Assembly (NCBI GenBank): GCA_964016885.1
Contig: OZ024752.1
Span: forward strand, 36,332,001 to 36,396,000
Length of the DNA stretch: 64,000 nt
Origin: Eledone cirrhosa
Lineage: Eukaryota
Direction of reading: 5' to 3'
Each line of letters opens with the position of its first letter. Position 1 is the first letter of the stretch. Below the pieces are notes generated by a model. The model was not told where the DNA came from. It ran no database searches and saw only the letters and a program-made list of their open reading frames with translations. This document shows positions 1-14,287 of this stretch, piece by piece. The translations under genes and the position numbers were made by a program.

Positions 1-3000
1 ATTATTGGAGACATGACATCTCTAGTGTTGGTGCCATTGTAAAATACACCCAGTACACTCTGTAAAGTGGTTAGCAAACAAACAAGTACAATACAGGGTA
101 CAGAGAACTATTTAGTATTATTGGAGACATGACAACATCTCTAGTATTGGTGCCATGGTAAAAATACACCCAGTACACTCTGTAAAGTGGTTAGCAAACA
201 AACAAGTACAATACAGGGTACAGAGAACTATTTAGTATTATTGGAGACATGACAACATCTCTAGTGTTGGTGCCATCGTAAAAATACACCCAGTACACTC
301 TGTAAAGTGGTTAGTAAACAAAAAAGGGCAATACAGGGTACAGAGAACTATTTAATATTATTGGAGACATGACAACATCTCTAGTGTTGGTGCCATTGTA
401 AAAATACACCCAGTACACTCTGTAAAGTGGTTAGCAAACAAACAAGTGCAATACAGGGTACAGAGAACTATTTAGTATTATTGGAGACATGACAACATCT
501 CTAGTGTTGGTGCCATTGTAAAAATACACCCAGTACACTCTGTAAAGTGGTTAGCAAACAAACAAGTACAATACAGGGTACAGAGAACTATTTAGTATTA
601 TTGGAGACATGACAACATCTCTAGTGTTGGTGCCATTGTAAAAATACACCCAGTACACTCTGTAAAGTGGTTAGCAAACAAAAAAGGGCAATACAGGGTA
701 CAGAGAACTATTTAATATTATTGGAGACATGACAACATCTCTAGTGTTGGTGCCATTGTAAAAATACACCCAGTACACTCTGTAAAGTGGTTAGCAAACA
801 AACAAGTGTAATACAGGGAACAGAGAACTATTTAGTATTATTGGAGACATGACAACATCTCTAGTGTTGGTGCCATTGTAAAAATACACCCAGTACACTC
901 TGTAAAGTGGTTAGCAAACAAACAAGTGCAATACAGGGTACAGAGAACTATTTAGTATTATTGGAGACATGACAACATCTCTAGTGTTGGTGCCATTGTA
1001 AAAATACACCCAGTACACTCTGTAAAGTGGTTAGCAAACAAACAAGTACAATACAGGGTACAGAGAACTAGTTAGTATTATTGGAGACATGACAACATCT
1101 CTAGTGTTGGTGCCATTGTAAAAATACACCCAGTACACTCTGTAAAGTGGTTAGCAAACAAAAAAGGGCAATACAGGGTACAGAGAACTATTTAATATTA
1201 TTGGAGACATGACAACATCTCTAGTGTTGGTGCCATTGTAAAAATACACCCAGTACACTCTGTAAAGTGGTTAGCAAACAAACAAGTGCAATACAGGGTA
1301 CAGAGAACTATTTAGTATTATTGGAGACATGTCAACATCTCTAGTGTTGGTGCCATGGTAAAATACACCCTGTACACTCTGTAAAGTGGTTAGCAAACAA
1401 AAAAGTGCAATACAGGGAACAGAGAACTATTTAGTATTATTGGAGACATGACAACATCTCTAGTGTTGGTGCCATTGTAAAAATACACCCAGTACACTCT
1501 GTAAAGTGGTTAGCAAACAAACAAGTGTAATACAGGGAACAGAGAACTATTTAGTATTATTGGAGACATGACAACATCTCTAGTGTTGGTGCCATTGTAA
1601 AAATACACCCAGTACACTCTGTAAAGTGGTTAGCAAACAAACAAGTGTAATACAGGGAACAGAGAACTATTTAGTATTATTGGAGACATGACAACATCTC
1701 TAGTGTTGGTGCCATTGTAAAAATACACCCAGTACACTCTGTAAAGTGGTTAGCAAACAAACAAGTGTAATACAGGGTTCAGAGAACTATTTAGTATTAT
1801 TGGAGACATTTCAACATCTCTAGTGTTGGTGCCATGGTAAAATACACCCTGTACACTCTGTAAAGTGGTTAGCAAACAAACAAGGGCAATACATGGTACA
1901 GAGAACTATTTAGTATTATTGGAGACATGACAACATCTCTAGTGTTGGTGCAATTGTAAAAATACACCCAGTACACTCTGTAAAGTGGTTAGCAAACAAA
2001 CAAGTGCAATACAGGGTACAGAGAACTATTTAGTATTATTGTAGACATGACAACATCTCTAGTGTTGGTGCCATTGTAAAAATACACCCAGTACACTCTG
2101 TAAAGTGGTTAGCAAACAAACCAGTGCAATACAGGGTACAGAGAACTATTTAGTATTATTGGAGACATGACAACATCTCTAGTGTTGGTGCCATGGTAAA
2201 ATACACCCAGTACACTCTGTAAAGTGGTTTGCAAACAAACAAGGGCAACACAGGGTACAGAGAACTATTTAGTATTATTGGAGACATGACAACATCTCTA
2301 GTGTTGGTGCCATTGTAAAAATACACCCAGTACACTCTGTAAAGTGGTTAGCAAACAAACAAGTACAATACAGGGTACAGAGAACTATTTAGTATTATTG
2401 GAGACATGACAACATCTCTAGTGTTGGTGCCATGGTAAAATACACCCAGTACACTCTCTAAAGTGGTTAGCAAACAAACAAGTGTAATACAGGGAACAGA
2501 GAACTATTTAGTATTATTGGAGACATGACAACATCTCTAGTGTTGGTGCCATTGTAAAAATACACCCAGTACACTCTGTAAAGTGGTTAGCAAACAAACA
2601 AGTGTAATTCAGGGTTCAGAGAACTATTTAGTATTATTGGAGACATGTCAACATCTCTAGTGTTGGTGCCATGGTAAAATACACCCTGTACACTCTGTAA
2701 AGTGGTTAGCAAACAAACAAGGGCAATACATGGTACAGAGAACTATTTAGTATTATTGGAGACATGACAACATCTCTAGTGTTGGTGCCATTGTAAAAAT
2801 ACACCCAGTACACTCTGTAAAGTGGTTAGCAAACAAACCAGTGCAATACAGGGTACAGAGAACTATTTAGTATTATTGGAGACATGACAACATCTCTAGT
2901 GTTGGTGCCATTGTAAAAATACACCCAGTACACTCTGTAAAGTGGTTAGCAAACAAACAAGTGCAATACAGGGTACAGAGAACTATTTAGTATTATTGGA

Positions 3001-3235
3001 GACATGACAAGATCTCTAGTGTTGGTGCCATTGTAAAAATACACCCAGTACACTCTGTAAAGTGGTTAGCAAACAAACAAGTGCAATACAAGGTACAGAG
3101 AACTATTTAGTATTATTGGAGACATGACAACATCTCTAGTGTTGGTGCCATTGTAAAAATACACCCAGTACACTCTGTAAAGTGGTTAGCAAACAAACAA
3201 GGGCAATACAGGGTACAGAGATCTGTTTAGTGTTA
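1..3235. repeat. 120-bp tandem satellite, ~27 copies, runs off the window start
   Basis: Unit attattggagacatgacaacatctctagtgttggtgccattgtaaaaatacacccagtacactctgtaaagtggttagcaaacaaacaagtacaatacagggtacagagaactatttagt recurs every 119-120 bp with few substitutions. It contains the SINE module cacccagtacactctgtaaagtggtt. Confidence 0.98.
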
Positions 3236-3295
3236 GCGAGGGAACATGACAACCCCTCTACTGCTTGATGGTACCCTAATAAAATGTACCCAGTA

Positions 3296-3496
3296 CAAGG
3301 GTTGGCTGAAAGGTTCATAGGCTGACTATGAAGGAGTGATGCTAGTGCTGTGAAATCTTACATGCATTAATTTCAACTCTTTTTATCAATAGCTGCATTG
3401 TTTCTTTCCAGAGACTATGTTTAAAAATAAACCTCATTTGGTCATTCCATGAGAGTATCTTGGTCGTCAGCCTATGAACTTTTCAGCCAACCACTG
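3296..3496. mobile_element. Tc1/mariner-type MITE
   Basis: TIRs caagggttggctgaaaggttcataggctgac / gtcagcctatgaacttttcagccaaccactg, flanked by TA on both sides. A second, inverted copy lies at 14288-14469. Confidence 0.85.
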
Positions 3497-3904
3497 TACA
3501 CTCAGCAAAGTGGTCATTGCCCCTTCACCTAACTGAACAATAATTCTTTTTACTTTAGGCACAAGGCCAGAAAGTTTGAAAGGCAAAGAAAGTCAATTAA
3601 ATTGATCCCAGCGTATTACTGGTACTTCATTTTACTGATCCTGTAAGGATGAAAGGCAGAGCTAACCTTGGTGGGATTTTAACTGAGAACAGAAAGGGTC
3701 ATAACTCTATGCAACAAAATATGTTGTCCGATGCTCTACCGATTCTACTGCCAATCCACTAAACAGTAATTAAAAAAAAAACCACCCTTACTTCCCTTGC
3801 TATTTCATGGAAAATCATCTTCTAAACACCCTGGTAGATATAGACACCACTCTAGAAATACCACTGCAACAGTAGCTGTGGTGTTACTACTGCTGTTGTT
3901 GCTG

Positions 3905-5300
3905 GAACTGGTGGTGGTGGTGGTGGTGGTGGTGGTAGTGGTGGTGTTGGTGGTGGTGTTGTAGTTAGTGGTGGTATTGATGATGGTGGTGGTGGTGGTG
4001 GTGGTGTTGGTGGTGGTGGTGGTGGTGGTGGTGGTGGTGGTGGTGGTGGTGGTGGTGTTGGTGGTGGTGTTGTAGTTAGTGGTGGTATTGATGGTGGTGG
4101 TGGTGGTGGAAGTGGTGTTGGTGGTGGTGTTGTAGTTAGTGGTGGTATTGATGGTGGTGGTGGTGGTGGTGGTGGTGTTGTTGTTGTTGTAGTTGTGTTG
4201 GTGGTGGCAGCAGCAGTGGCAATGGTGGTGGAAGTGGTGTTGGTGGTGGTGTTGTAGTTAGTGGTGGTATTGATGATGGTGGTGATGATGGTGGTGGTGT
4301 TGTTGTTGTTGTAGTTGTGGTGGTGGTGGTATTGATGATGATGGTGGTGGTGGTGGTGATGGTGGTGGTGGTGGAAGTGGTGTTGGTGGTGGTGTTGTAG
4401 TTAGTGGTGGTATTGATGGTGGTGGTGGTGGTGGTGGTGGTGGTGATGGTGGTGGAAGTGGTGTTGGTGGTGGTGTTGTAGTTAGTGATGGTATTGATGA
4501 TGGTGGTGGTGATGGTGGTGGTGGTGGAAGTGGTGATGGTGGTGGTGGTGGTGGTGATGGTGGTGGAAGTGGTGTTGGTGGTGGTGTTGTAGTTAGTGGT
4601 GGTATTGATGATGGTGGTGGTGGTGATGGTGGTGGTGGAAGTGGTGATGGTGGTGGTGGTGGTGGTGATGGTGGTGGAAGTGGTGTTGGTGGTGGTGTTG
4701 TAGTTAGTGGTGGTATTGATGATGGTGGTGGTGGTGATGGTGGTGGTGGAAGTGGTGTTGGTGGTGGTGTTGTAGTTAGTAGTGGTATTGATGATGATGG
4801 TGGTGGTGGTGGTGGATGTGGTGTTGGTGGTGGTGTTGTAGTTAGTGGTGGTATTGATGATGGTGGTGGTGGTGATGGTGGTGGAAGTGGTGTTGGTGGT
4901 TGTGTTGTAGTTAGTGGTGGTATTGATGGTGGTGGTGGTGGTGGTGATGGTGGTGGAAGTGGTGGTGGTGGTGGTGTTGTAGTTAGTGGTGGTATTGATG
5001 ATGGTGGTGGTGATGGTGGTGGTGGTGGTGATGGTGGTGGTGGTGGTGATGGTGGTGGAAGTGGTGTTGGTGGTGGTGTTGTAGTTAGTGGTGGTATTGA
5101 TGATGATGGTGGTGGTGGTGGTGACGGTGGTGGTGTTGTTGTTGTTGTTGTGGTGGTGGTGGTGGCAGCAGCAGTGGCAATGGTGGTTATAGTGGTAGTG
5201 GTAGAAGTGTTATGGTGATGGTGGTAGTGGTGGTTGTGTAGGTGGTGGAGATGATGGTGTAGGTGGTGGCAGTAGAGATGGTGGTGGTGGTGGTGCTAAT
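3905..5300. repeat. Compound (GGT)n microsatellite with a higher-order unit
   Basis: ~1.4 kb of GGT/GAT/GTT triplets with a recurring block ggaagtggtgttggtggtggtgttgtagttagtggtggtattgatg. Confidence 0.95.
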
Positions 5301-6115
5301 GGTGATAAACTTAGCAACAGATTAAATCTACCAGCAATCTTCTTCTGTTCTTGTATTATGCAATACTTGAGAAAATGTAGGTATTCCTTAGAAAATCACA
5401 TAAATTTTCAGCAGAACCATCTCAGCAAGATTCCAAGTAGATGAAGACATTCATTCTATGAAGTTGTAATGTAGTTATTGGATTTCTTCTTGGCATTCTA
5501 AGGGCTTCTGCTATTCATAAATATGGTTTGTGTGTTTTTGGTTGTGTTTGTGCTGGGTTTTTTTTTATAAAAAAACAACAAACAAAACAAACACAAAAAC
5601 AAAATGAAACAAAAAACAAACAAAAAGTAGTAAGGTGTAATTTGAAGGAATTTTGGCTGATATTTCTAGCATGTTCTCATTGACTTACTTGTTGATGTTG
5701 TTGTTGTTGTTGGTGGTGGTGGTTATGTTGAGACAGTAACAACATCTACCACCAGCAACACCACCACCACCACCACCACCACCACCACCACTATTTTATC
5801 TGCTAGCAAGGGTTGGATATGTCATCACAGACTGGTCAGTCCTCAAGCAAAACCTGACCTCCGGGTTGTCTAATGGCCTGACATACGATCCTGTACTCTA
5901 CTGCATGCATTTTATCATGGCACCAACACTAGAGAAGTGGTTATGTTTTGGGCATGGCTGAAGAGTCTTCTCAGCCTTTTGTTTGGTAAGTTTTCTATGG
6001 CTGGATGCCCTTCATATCATCAACCACTTTACAGAGTATACTGGGTGATTATTTATCATGTAGATCACTACCAACTTCAGAGAGGTTGTTATGTGTTTGA
6101 TGTAGCTGAAGAGTC

Positions 6116-6275
6116 CAGGGCCGTCTTAATAGCATTATAGGCCCCCGGGCAACGCAGAGCACTGGGGCCCCTACCTACACAACCACTCACAGGAATAAAA
6201 ATACAAATGGGGGCCCCTATCCTCGTGGAGCCCCCGGGCAACTGTCCAGTGTGCCCATGCATTAAGACAGCCCTG
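6116..6275. mobile_element. hAT-family MITE (160 bp)
   Basis: TIRs cagggccgtcttaa / ttaagacagccctg; 8-bp TSD gaagagtc / gaagaatc (7/8 match). Confidence 0.88.
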
Positions 6276-7364
6276 GAAGAATCTTCTCGGCCTTGTGTTT
6301 AGTAGATTTTTTATGACTAGATGCCGTTTATATCATTTTACAGAGTGTACTGGGTGGTTGTTCATTATGTAGAACACCACTAACCCCAGAAACGTTGTCA
6401 TGTTTCCAACACAACTGAGAAGTCCTTAATTATGGAGTATAATAGATTGAATCAAACTCAGCACTTTCTACTTGTGTTTCTGACTCAGCGATATTTATCA
6501 ATTATTGTTTAGATCTATTGAATTCAAGTTAGGGAGGAAAGTATGTGTTGTAATGTTTCTGATTTTCCTCAATGACTTTGAGTAAACTGAACTTATTCTA
6601 GTATCAGAAGTAGGTCGCTAGCTCAGTTTACATTCATATGATATGCTCTAAATACTTACAATGTACCATTATGAAAGAAGATACAATCATAAAAATACAA
6701 AATCAGTAAACAAGCCTAGCAGTTAAATTTGAGAGGAAAAACAAATTCAAATAATAAACAATGTAGAATCAATACAAGGTAGTCTACAACAAATGATATT
6801 TGAGGAATGTTCTATCAAATGAACTATCTAGTCTTTCAATATAGGAAGACTTATAAATATTGGTTTACGAAGCTAGTCGAAGAGAATTGGTACAGCTCTG
6901 GCTATATCTTACCTATTCAATGATATAGTAAGGTTTGTAGATAAGAAATATAAGCGGCAAATTGGCAGAATCGTTAAAACATCGGACAGAATGCTTTGTG
7001 GTATTTGTTACGGTTCTCTGCTCTCTTAGTTCAAATCCTGTTAAGGTTAATTTTGCTTTTCATCCATTCAAGGTATATAAAAAAAAAGTACCAGTCTAGA
7101 ACTGGGGTCGATTCTTCCTCTATATCTCTTTAGAAGAGATGGGCTCTGCCAGGTTTTTAAAATGCCCTAGAAATGCTGTATCTCAATGCAGTGCCCCAAC
7201 AACTCCCTGGGGAATTATGGAACCATGCATGCATGTACATTAAACATACAAACCCATTATTCAGAGTGTACACATATGTTGATCAGTAAGATAAAACGAC
7301 TACATGAAGGTATAAAAGTTTTCTGTTATTTTCAGAAAACCTCTAATCTATAAATTTTAGTAAA

Positions 7365-7825
7365 GTGATTGTGTAGGTGTTATGACAAAAAGCTCCCAGT
7401 ACACACTGTAAAGGGGTCGTGTAGGTGTCATGACAAAAAGGTCACAGTATACACTGTAGTGGTTGTGTAGATGTCATGCAAAAAGCACCCAGCCAACACT
7501 GGAAAGTGTTTGTGTAGGTGTCATGACAAAAAACGCCCAGCCCACACTGTAAAGTGTTTGTGTAGGTGTCACAACAAAAAACGCCCAGCCCACACTGTAA
7601 AGTGGTTGTGTAAATGTCATAACAAAAAACGACCAGCCCACACTGTAAAGTGGTTGTGTAAGTGTCATAACAAAAAGCTCCCAACCTACATTGTAAATGT
7701 GGTTAGCATTAGGAAGCGGCACCCAGCCGTAGAAACAAAGCCAGAAACAGTTCTATATAACCAACCCGTCTAACCCATGCTAATGTGGAAAATAGACATT
7801 AAATGATGATGATGATGATGATGAT
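7365..7825. repeat. SINE body with ~7 tandem 46-bp modules and (GAT)n tail
   Basis: Repeated aaaa(a)cgcccagcccacactgtaaagtggttgtgtaggtgtcatgac, then gcattaggaagcggcacccagccgtagaaac ... ctaacccatgctaatgtggaaaatagacattaaatgatgatg. Confidence 0.85.
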
Positions 7826-9009
7826 TATAATCTAATATTTTTTTCAGTTATTTGATTTTTTTTTAGTTGACCAATTTCCTAAGTTTACACTAATTATTTT
7901 AATCAAGAAATATACCATTACTTTCAGTTTCAACACTTGAGAGCAATATCAATTGCAAATTTTAGTAGCATAATAAGTATAATTATTTATCACTACATTC
8001 TTTTAGATTTTCACTAGCAGCAAAGCATGTAGGAATGCCCATATGCACACAGCTCAGAGAAAACAGTGCTTGTGTGACTTTACATGGTCGCTCAAACTGT
8101 TAAAAATAGCAACCAAATCTCCACAATTTAATAAAATGCAAGTGAATCTATTCCACATATCAACACCACATGAAATTTAAGAGTCAGTTTGCTTCATGGT
8201 CCTGTTCAACAGGATGAAGAAGCCACTGCCCCAGAGGATGGTGAGGGAGATGTGCTGGAATAGCTTCTACACCTCATGTGACTCAAACTTATGGGTAACC
8301 AACTCCTCTTCGATAGCAGTGGTCCAGGGCTAAGAATGCCGGAAGTCTCCACTATCCAACTCAACTACAAACCTGTCAGAGAGTAGCTAACCCAACTGTT
8401 TTATACAAATACAGAACACATTAAATAATATATGGATGGTCATGGATGAAAGGTTTTTGATCCTAGATCTGCTTGATCAGAGCTGACTTGGGGTTAAACA
8501 ACAACTACAACAACAATGCTTACTTACTTCATTGCTGACATTTTTTTAAACCCGAGGGTTAGTCATAAAGACATCATCAGCTATAGAGAACATTAGAAAT
8601 CATTGTGTGTGTGTGTGTAAGTATGTGTAATACAGAGAGAGAGAGAGAGCACAAGAGAGAGAGAAAAAAAGAGGAAAAAAATGCAGGAAGTGAAAAGGTG
8701 AGAATGACCTCAGAATATTTTCAGCTTATGTTACTTAAAGCTAAATTATATATTGAACTTGTATGAAGACAAGCATAGCTGAATAGTTAAAATGTTTGCT
8801 TCTCAATCATGAAATCTTATATTCGAACCCATTCGAGAAGAGTTGGGCTCCGCTAGGTTTAAAAAAGGCCCTTTGTATGTCAATATGGCTCCCCTATGAC
8901 TCCCTCAGGAGTTATGGTGGGACCATACATACTTATATTGTTATCTATATTGTCACTTGATATTTGTTTTAGGGAGACAGTGGTCCTGATTATTTTCTAT
9001 TATTTTATA

Positions 9010-9185
9010 AGTATTGGTAGAGTGTCGGATGCCATGCTTTGACACATAGAGTTACAGCCCTTGCTATTCTGAGTTCAAATCCCGCCGAGGTTAACTTTGC
9101 CTTTCATCCTTACGGGGTCGATAAAATAAAGTACCAGTAATACACTGGGTAATTGCAGGCCTTGTGCCTAACGTAGAAACAATTA
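9010..9185 (+). mobile_element. Abundant tRNA-derived SINE, family A (representative copy)
   Basis: B-box-like gagttcaaatccc followed by gaggttaactttgcctttcatccttacggggtcgataaaataaagtaccagt. Many more copies, e.g. ~3545, 6950, 13590, 14080, 17600, 32965, 36780, 44210, 46250, 46690, 55750, 56345, 58890. Confidence 0.85.
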
Positions 9186-11095
9186 TTTTATAGGTGTAGT
9201 CATGGCTGCGTAGTTAAGGAGTTCATTCACCATTGTATGGTTTCAGATTCAGTCATACTGCATGTCAACTTGAACAAGTGTCTTCTACTATTGTAGCCTT
9301 GACCCTTTTTACTCTATATATACTATTGTATTTTTATGGTAAAGGCTTTATCTTACATAATTACCTCACATAATATCGAGCCTACAAGATTTTGATGTTA
9401 CTTATTTTGGGAACAATACCTTAACATCAGTATGAGCAGCTAGTTTGAATAGAAAGAGGTGAGAGAATTCTGGCCGGATACGACTGGTTTAAATGCTAAA
9501 AGGTTAAGTTAATCTATCCCACTGTCAGTGAAATTGGGTAGATGGAAACTGAAGAAGCCCCATTATATATATATATATAAGAAGACCTGGGATGAGGTGA
9601 TAAAAGCAAACCTTACCCAATTGCACCTCTCAAAGGCGATGACACACGACCGTGACCTCTGGCGTCACGCAGTAATACAGAAAACCTGACTTCACACAGG
9701 TACAAACCGAAGCTGAAGCATATAGACAATATGCCCCCCCCCCCCTCCCCTCCCCACTGAAAAGTGGTCATGGAGGTACCACGGCAAAACAGCACCCAGC
9801 TCACACTGTAAAGTGGATGTGTAGGCTCCATGGAAAAAAAGCACCCAGCACTCATTGTAAATGAGGTTGGTGTTAGAAAGGGCATCCAGCTGTAGAAATC
9901 AAGCCAGAATGAGTTCCAGTATGAGCAAGACAAGGTCAGCCGACCAGATACTGCCCACTACAGGACAACCCATCTAACCCATGCTAGCATGGAAGAACGG
10001 ACGTAAAACGGTGATGATGATGATGATGATGATGACATTTGAACACTTTAATTGCTCTGGTGATCTCAGCCTCTCAAAAGCTTCAAATACTTTAATTTTT
10101 AAATATTTTATTATAAAGGAAACTGAAGAACAAATAAAAGAAAGAGAAGAAAGAATTAGAGCATAAGTGAAAAAATCTAAAAGTAAGTTATGTAATTCTT
10201 ATTGAAGTTTTTGTTTTACAGTCCAATCCAGGGCCTTTTCAATCCTGCTGGAAGAACCCCTCCCTGGCTGACCCCCACTGCTTTCTGTTTGGTTTTTGTT
10301 ATGTCATGGGTGTAGCTGTACTCACCGTGATTGGCCAGTTATGTGTTGGGGTGGATGTCCATTGACTGGGGAGTTTATCCACCCTTTTAACAGTTCTTGT
10401 TTTTTGTGCTGTTAAGTTTCCACTTACCTCCTCACCAGACCAGGTTCTGAGGAGCCTGTTTAGTCAGTGACCACTCAGCCATGAAACAAGTTATAGCAGC
10501 TGGCAGAAGCCTGACCTGAACAGTGACAGACTGGGGTAGAGAGGACCCTTTGATCCTTTCAAGAACTTGACAACCTCTTGTGTTAGTGCCATAATAAAAT
10601 GCACTCAGTATGCATTGAGAAGTAGTTGACAATTGAAAGGAGACTATAGTTTAAGAGGACTCCTTAGTCACACCAAGTACATACCAAACTCTCTAGTGCT
10701 GGTGACATAAGATGCACTCGGTACACACTGTAAAGTGTTAGTGCTGGTAATATGATAAGGTGTACCCATTACACTCTGTAAAGTGTTAGTGCTGGTGACA
10801 GGAAAAGATGTACCCAGTACACTATAAAATGGACACATATATGTGTGTCGGATGGTAGCTAAGATGCTTCCATAGGCGGTATGCCGGTTGAGCACTCTAT
10901 GCTCTTACAGAGCAGAGTATGATATAATATAAAACTAAAAATCAGTGATTCAGTGATGCATCTGAAATAAATTTATTGTGTTACAATTGTTTCGCCGGTG
11001 GACAGCTCGAGACGTAATCATTGTGTGGATCTGTCTGATTCGGGACCCGCAGGTTCGACGGACACGTCTAATGATTTCGGAGCATATTCTTATAT

Positions 11096-11141
<46 letters not shown>

Positions 11142-11286
11142 GAAATAAACACTAAGATATGTGTTTTGAATTACATGGGTTGAAAACACACTTCTTTGTG
11201 TGTTTATTTCTATATATTATACTATAAAGAGCCCAGTTTTTATAGCTTGCGCTCATTAATGCGAGCTTTTGACTCCGTTTTTCATT

Positions 11287-11317
<31 letters not shown>

Positions 11318-12820
11318 CTCTGTTTATTTCCCATCAATTCGCAGTTTGACAAAAAGAGATTGATCAAAGTATAGTATAGCATAGTAAATTATTATTATTA
11401 TTTTTATTTTTTGCCTTAATAATAACAAGAATTCATTAGTAAGATGTTATAATCATGATGTTTCACATAAAAATAGAATTCATGAAACCTTATAAATATA
11501 ACACACAAGAATGAGACTTAAAGTAAGTACTGGGGTTGATATGATTGATGGTATGGTTGTAATTTAATGACTGAAACCAGTAAAAGCATAAAAGAATATT
11601 CATTTTCTTTCACAAAGGTATTATTATATTCATTCATCTCCCTGAAGTTTATTGGACTGAGAATTGAACTAAGAAGTTGTATCAAACATTTTATATGAAA
11701 TACATTTTGTTAACACTGTAAACAGGGATCTAATTCCCAAAGTCATTAAATTTTACCCTTTCTTATATATTCCTTTTCCCAAGGCTTATTGTATTGGACT
11801 AAGAAATACTGTTATCAAATATATCGTATGGTATAAGAAAGTGGAGAACATACTTGGTTATTATTGTTAACAGGTTTTATTCAAAATATTTCTCCAAATC
11901 AGGGCCATATTTAGAGTTTAGGGAGCCTAGAGCCATTCAGGTTTGGTGCCCCAGCTCCCTAAACCTCAACTGCCCTGGTCCCCAACAAACCTGAACTAGT
12001 TCATTTTTAAATGTTTATCATCATCATCACTATCCCCCCCCCCCCACCATGATCATCATTTAATGTCTATTTTGCCATGCTTGCATGGATTCAACAGGTT
12101 ATTGTGCTATGAGACAGGTCTGGAGATCACTTCTTGCTTATACAGATCTGTATTTTGGCTTGGTTTCTACAGCTGGATGCCTTTCCTAACGCCAACCACG
12201 TTAGTGTGAACTGGATGCTTTTTATCATGGTACCAAAACAACCACCTAACAGGGTGGGCTGGGTGCTTTTTGAGGTGTCACCAGCACAACCACATTAGAG
12301 AAAATTTGCCTGCTTTTTATCATGTCACCAGCACAACCACATTAGAGATGATTGGGTGCTTTTTGTAACGTCACCAGCACAACCACTTTGTAGGGCAGAC
12401 TAAGTGTTTTTTGTGGTGACAGTATGATCTAACCATTAAGCCATGCGGCTTAATACGACGCTCTGCTTCGCTTTAAATACTTCCACAACGCTACTATGCG
12501 ACAAAAATGTTTAGTTATATAATTATTGATCGCATGGAATTAATTATTATACATTTAAGCTAATTATTGATACAAATTTGTATAAACCTGTGATCCATTA
12601 GGATTCTGTATAGCGCTTGCAGAATTAATTATTAGTTATTGCCTTAATTATTAGTCTTGCTGTGGTTACATTATTGAACGTCTCGTCCCCTTACCTTTTT
12701 TAAAAAGTTAGCATGGAGTAAATAATTTGAGGGGAGATTTGGTTACTAATTCTACCAGGTCGAACGACCATATAAGAAAATCCTTCAGCGTTCTGAAGTA
12801 AGGGAGAGAATCCTGACTAG

Positions 12821-12939
12821 TTAAACCGGAAGTAGTGCTATAGTGTCAAAAAAAAAAAAAGACAGCTATCACCGGAAGTGAGTACCACAGAATCATCTTC
12901 AAGTTTCGGCAATTTTCCGATTGTTTACTTTAAGTAAGT
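12821..12939 (+). promoter_or_regulatory. Probable COPS7 promoter and non-coding first exon
   Basis: Two CCGGAAGT ETS/GABPA-type motifs (12826-12833, 12872-12879) in a locally CpG-containing stretch, followed by a consensus donor GTAAGT at 12934. The first coding exon has an acceptor 13 nt before its ATG, so an upstream exon is expected. Confidence 0.6.
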
Positions 12940-14287
12940 TTTTTTTATTGAGACTACAGAATATTTTTCTTTGCAAATTTATCGTATCGTTTATTTAACT
13001 GTCGTGGATTTGATTAGCTCGATTGTTTTCTATTTGATTAGCGATGAAGGATACAAGCTCAATAATTTATACAGCTTTTGTCCAAAAAATACAATGTTTT
13101 CGGTAAAGAGTCAAAAAAGTTACCTTGCTGTAAATTATATAAATATTTTTCTAATTTAACAAAAGATCATTGTCTTTAGATAACACTTAAAATATTATTT
13201 ATTCTGTCGATTGCAATCAACAGATTTTTGTTAATCAAGAGATCGATATATATTAAATCTAAACACACAAAAAAAAAAAATCCAGTAATTATTTAAAAAC
13301 AAAACCAAACAAGAATCTAATAATAATTTCTGATATATTCATAGAATTTCGGATTTATAGAAGTGGCAACTAAATTGTATGACATTCACACCAAACTTTC
13401 ACACATAACAATTTGTTATAATCGCGAAATGAAATCATAATATTGGTTTACTGAAAGTTTATACTTCTAAATTATACAAGGTATTTAACATTTTTATTTT
13501 TCTTAATAAAATATCACCAATTCCATCAAATCTACAATCTACAAAGTACCTTCGATTCTAATAACCGGCAATTGGTTTTTATCAATAATGGTTTCTGATT
13601 TAGGCACAAAGGAAAGTCGATTAAATCGACACCAGTGCGTGACTGGTACTTTATTTTATCGACCCTGTAAGGATGAAAGGCAAAGCTAACCTCGGCAGGA
13701 TTTGAACTCAGATCGTAAAAGGCTGTAACTCTATGCCATAAAGCATGTCTCCGACGCTCCATCGGTACTACTAAACCACAGCCCACAGTTTTTCATTAAT
13801 AATACGATCACAGAAGAAAATATCAATCGCGTTAATATATTATTATTATTGGAGGAGGGGAAACTCGATTACACTGACTCCATTACGTTACGAAAATAAC
13901 ATACCAGTAATGCACTGAGGTCGATATAATCGACTTTTCTATTCCCTAAAGTTGTTGACCACAAAGAAATCATTATTATTATTAAGACGGCAAATTGGCA
14001 AAGTCGTTAAAGAATCATCGGATTGAATTCCGCAGTATTTGTTCTCTAAGTATGGTTGGTGTATTTATTCCAGAATCAGTAGAGCGTCGGACAAATGCTT
14101 AGCAATATTTGTTCCGTTACTCATTACGTTCTGAGTTCAAATCCCACCAAGGTTAGCTTTGCCTTTCATCCTTACGGGGTCGATAAAATAAAGTACCAGT
14201 AATGTACTGGGATCGATTTAAATTGTTGGCCTTGTGTTTAAATCAGAAATTATTATTATTAGAAAAAGTTAAATTAGTTAAATTATA

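Noticed and set aside
3905-5300. Gly-rich or Pro/Thr-rich (mucin-like) coding exon
   Set aside because: Frame-breaking indels, no clear splice boundaries and no long ORF reported; treated as a simple repeat.
5330-5520. Possible minus-strand exon
   Set aside because: Only short open frames, a weak donor and no recognisable protein similarity.
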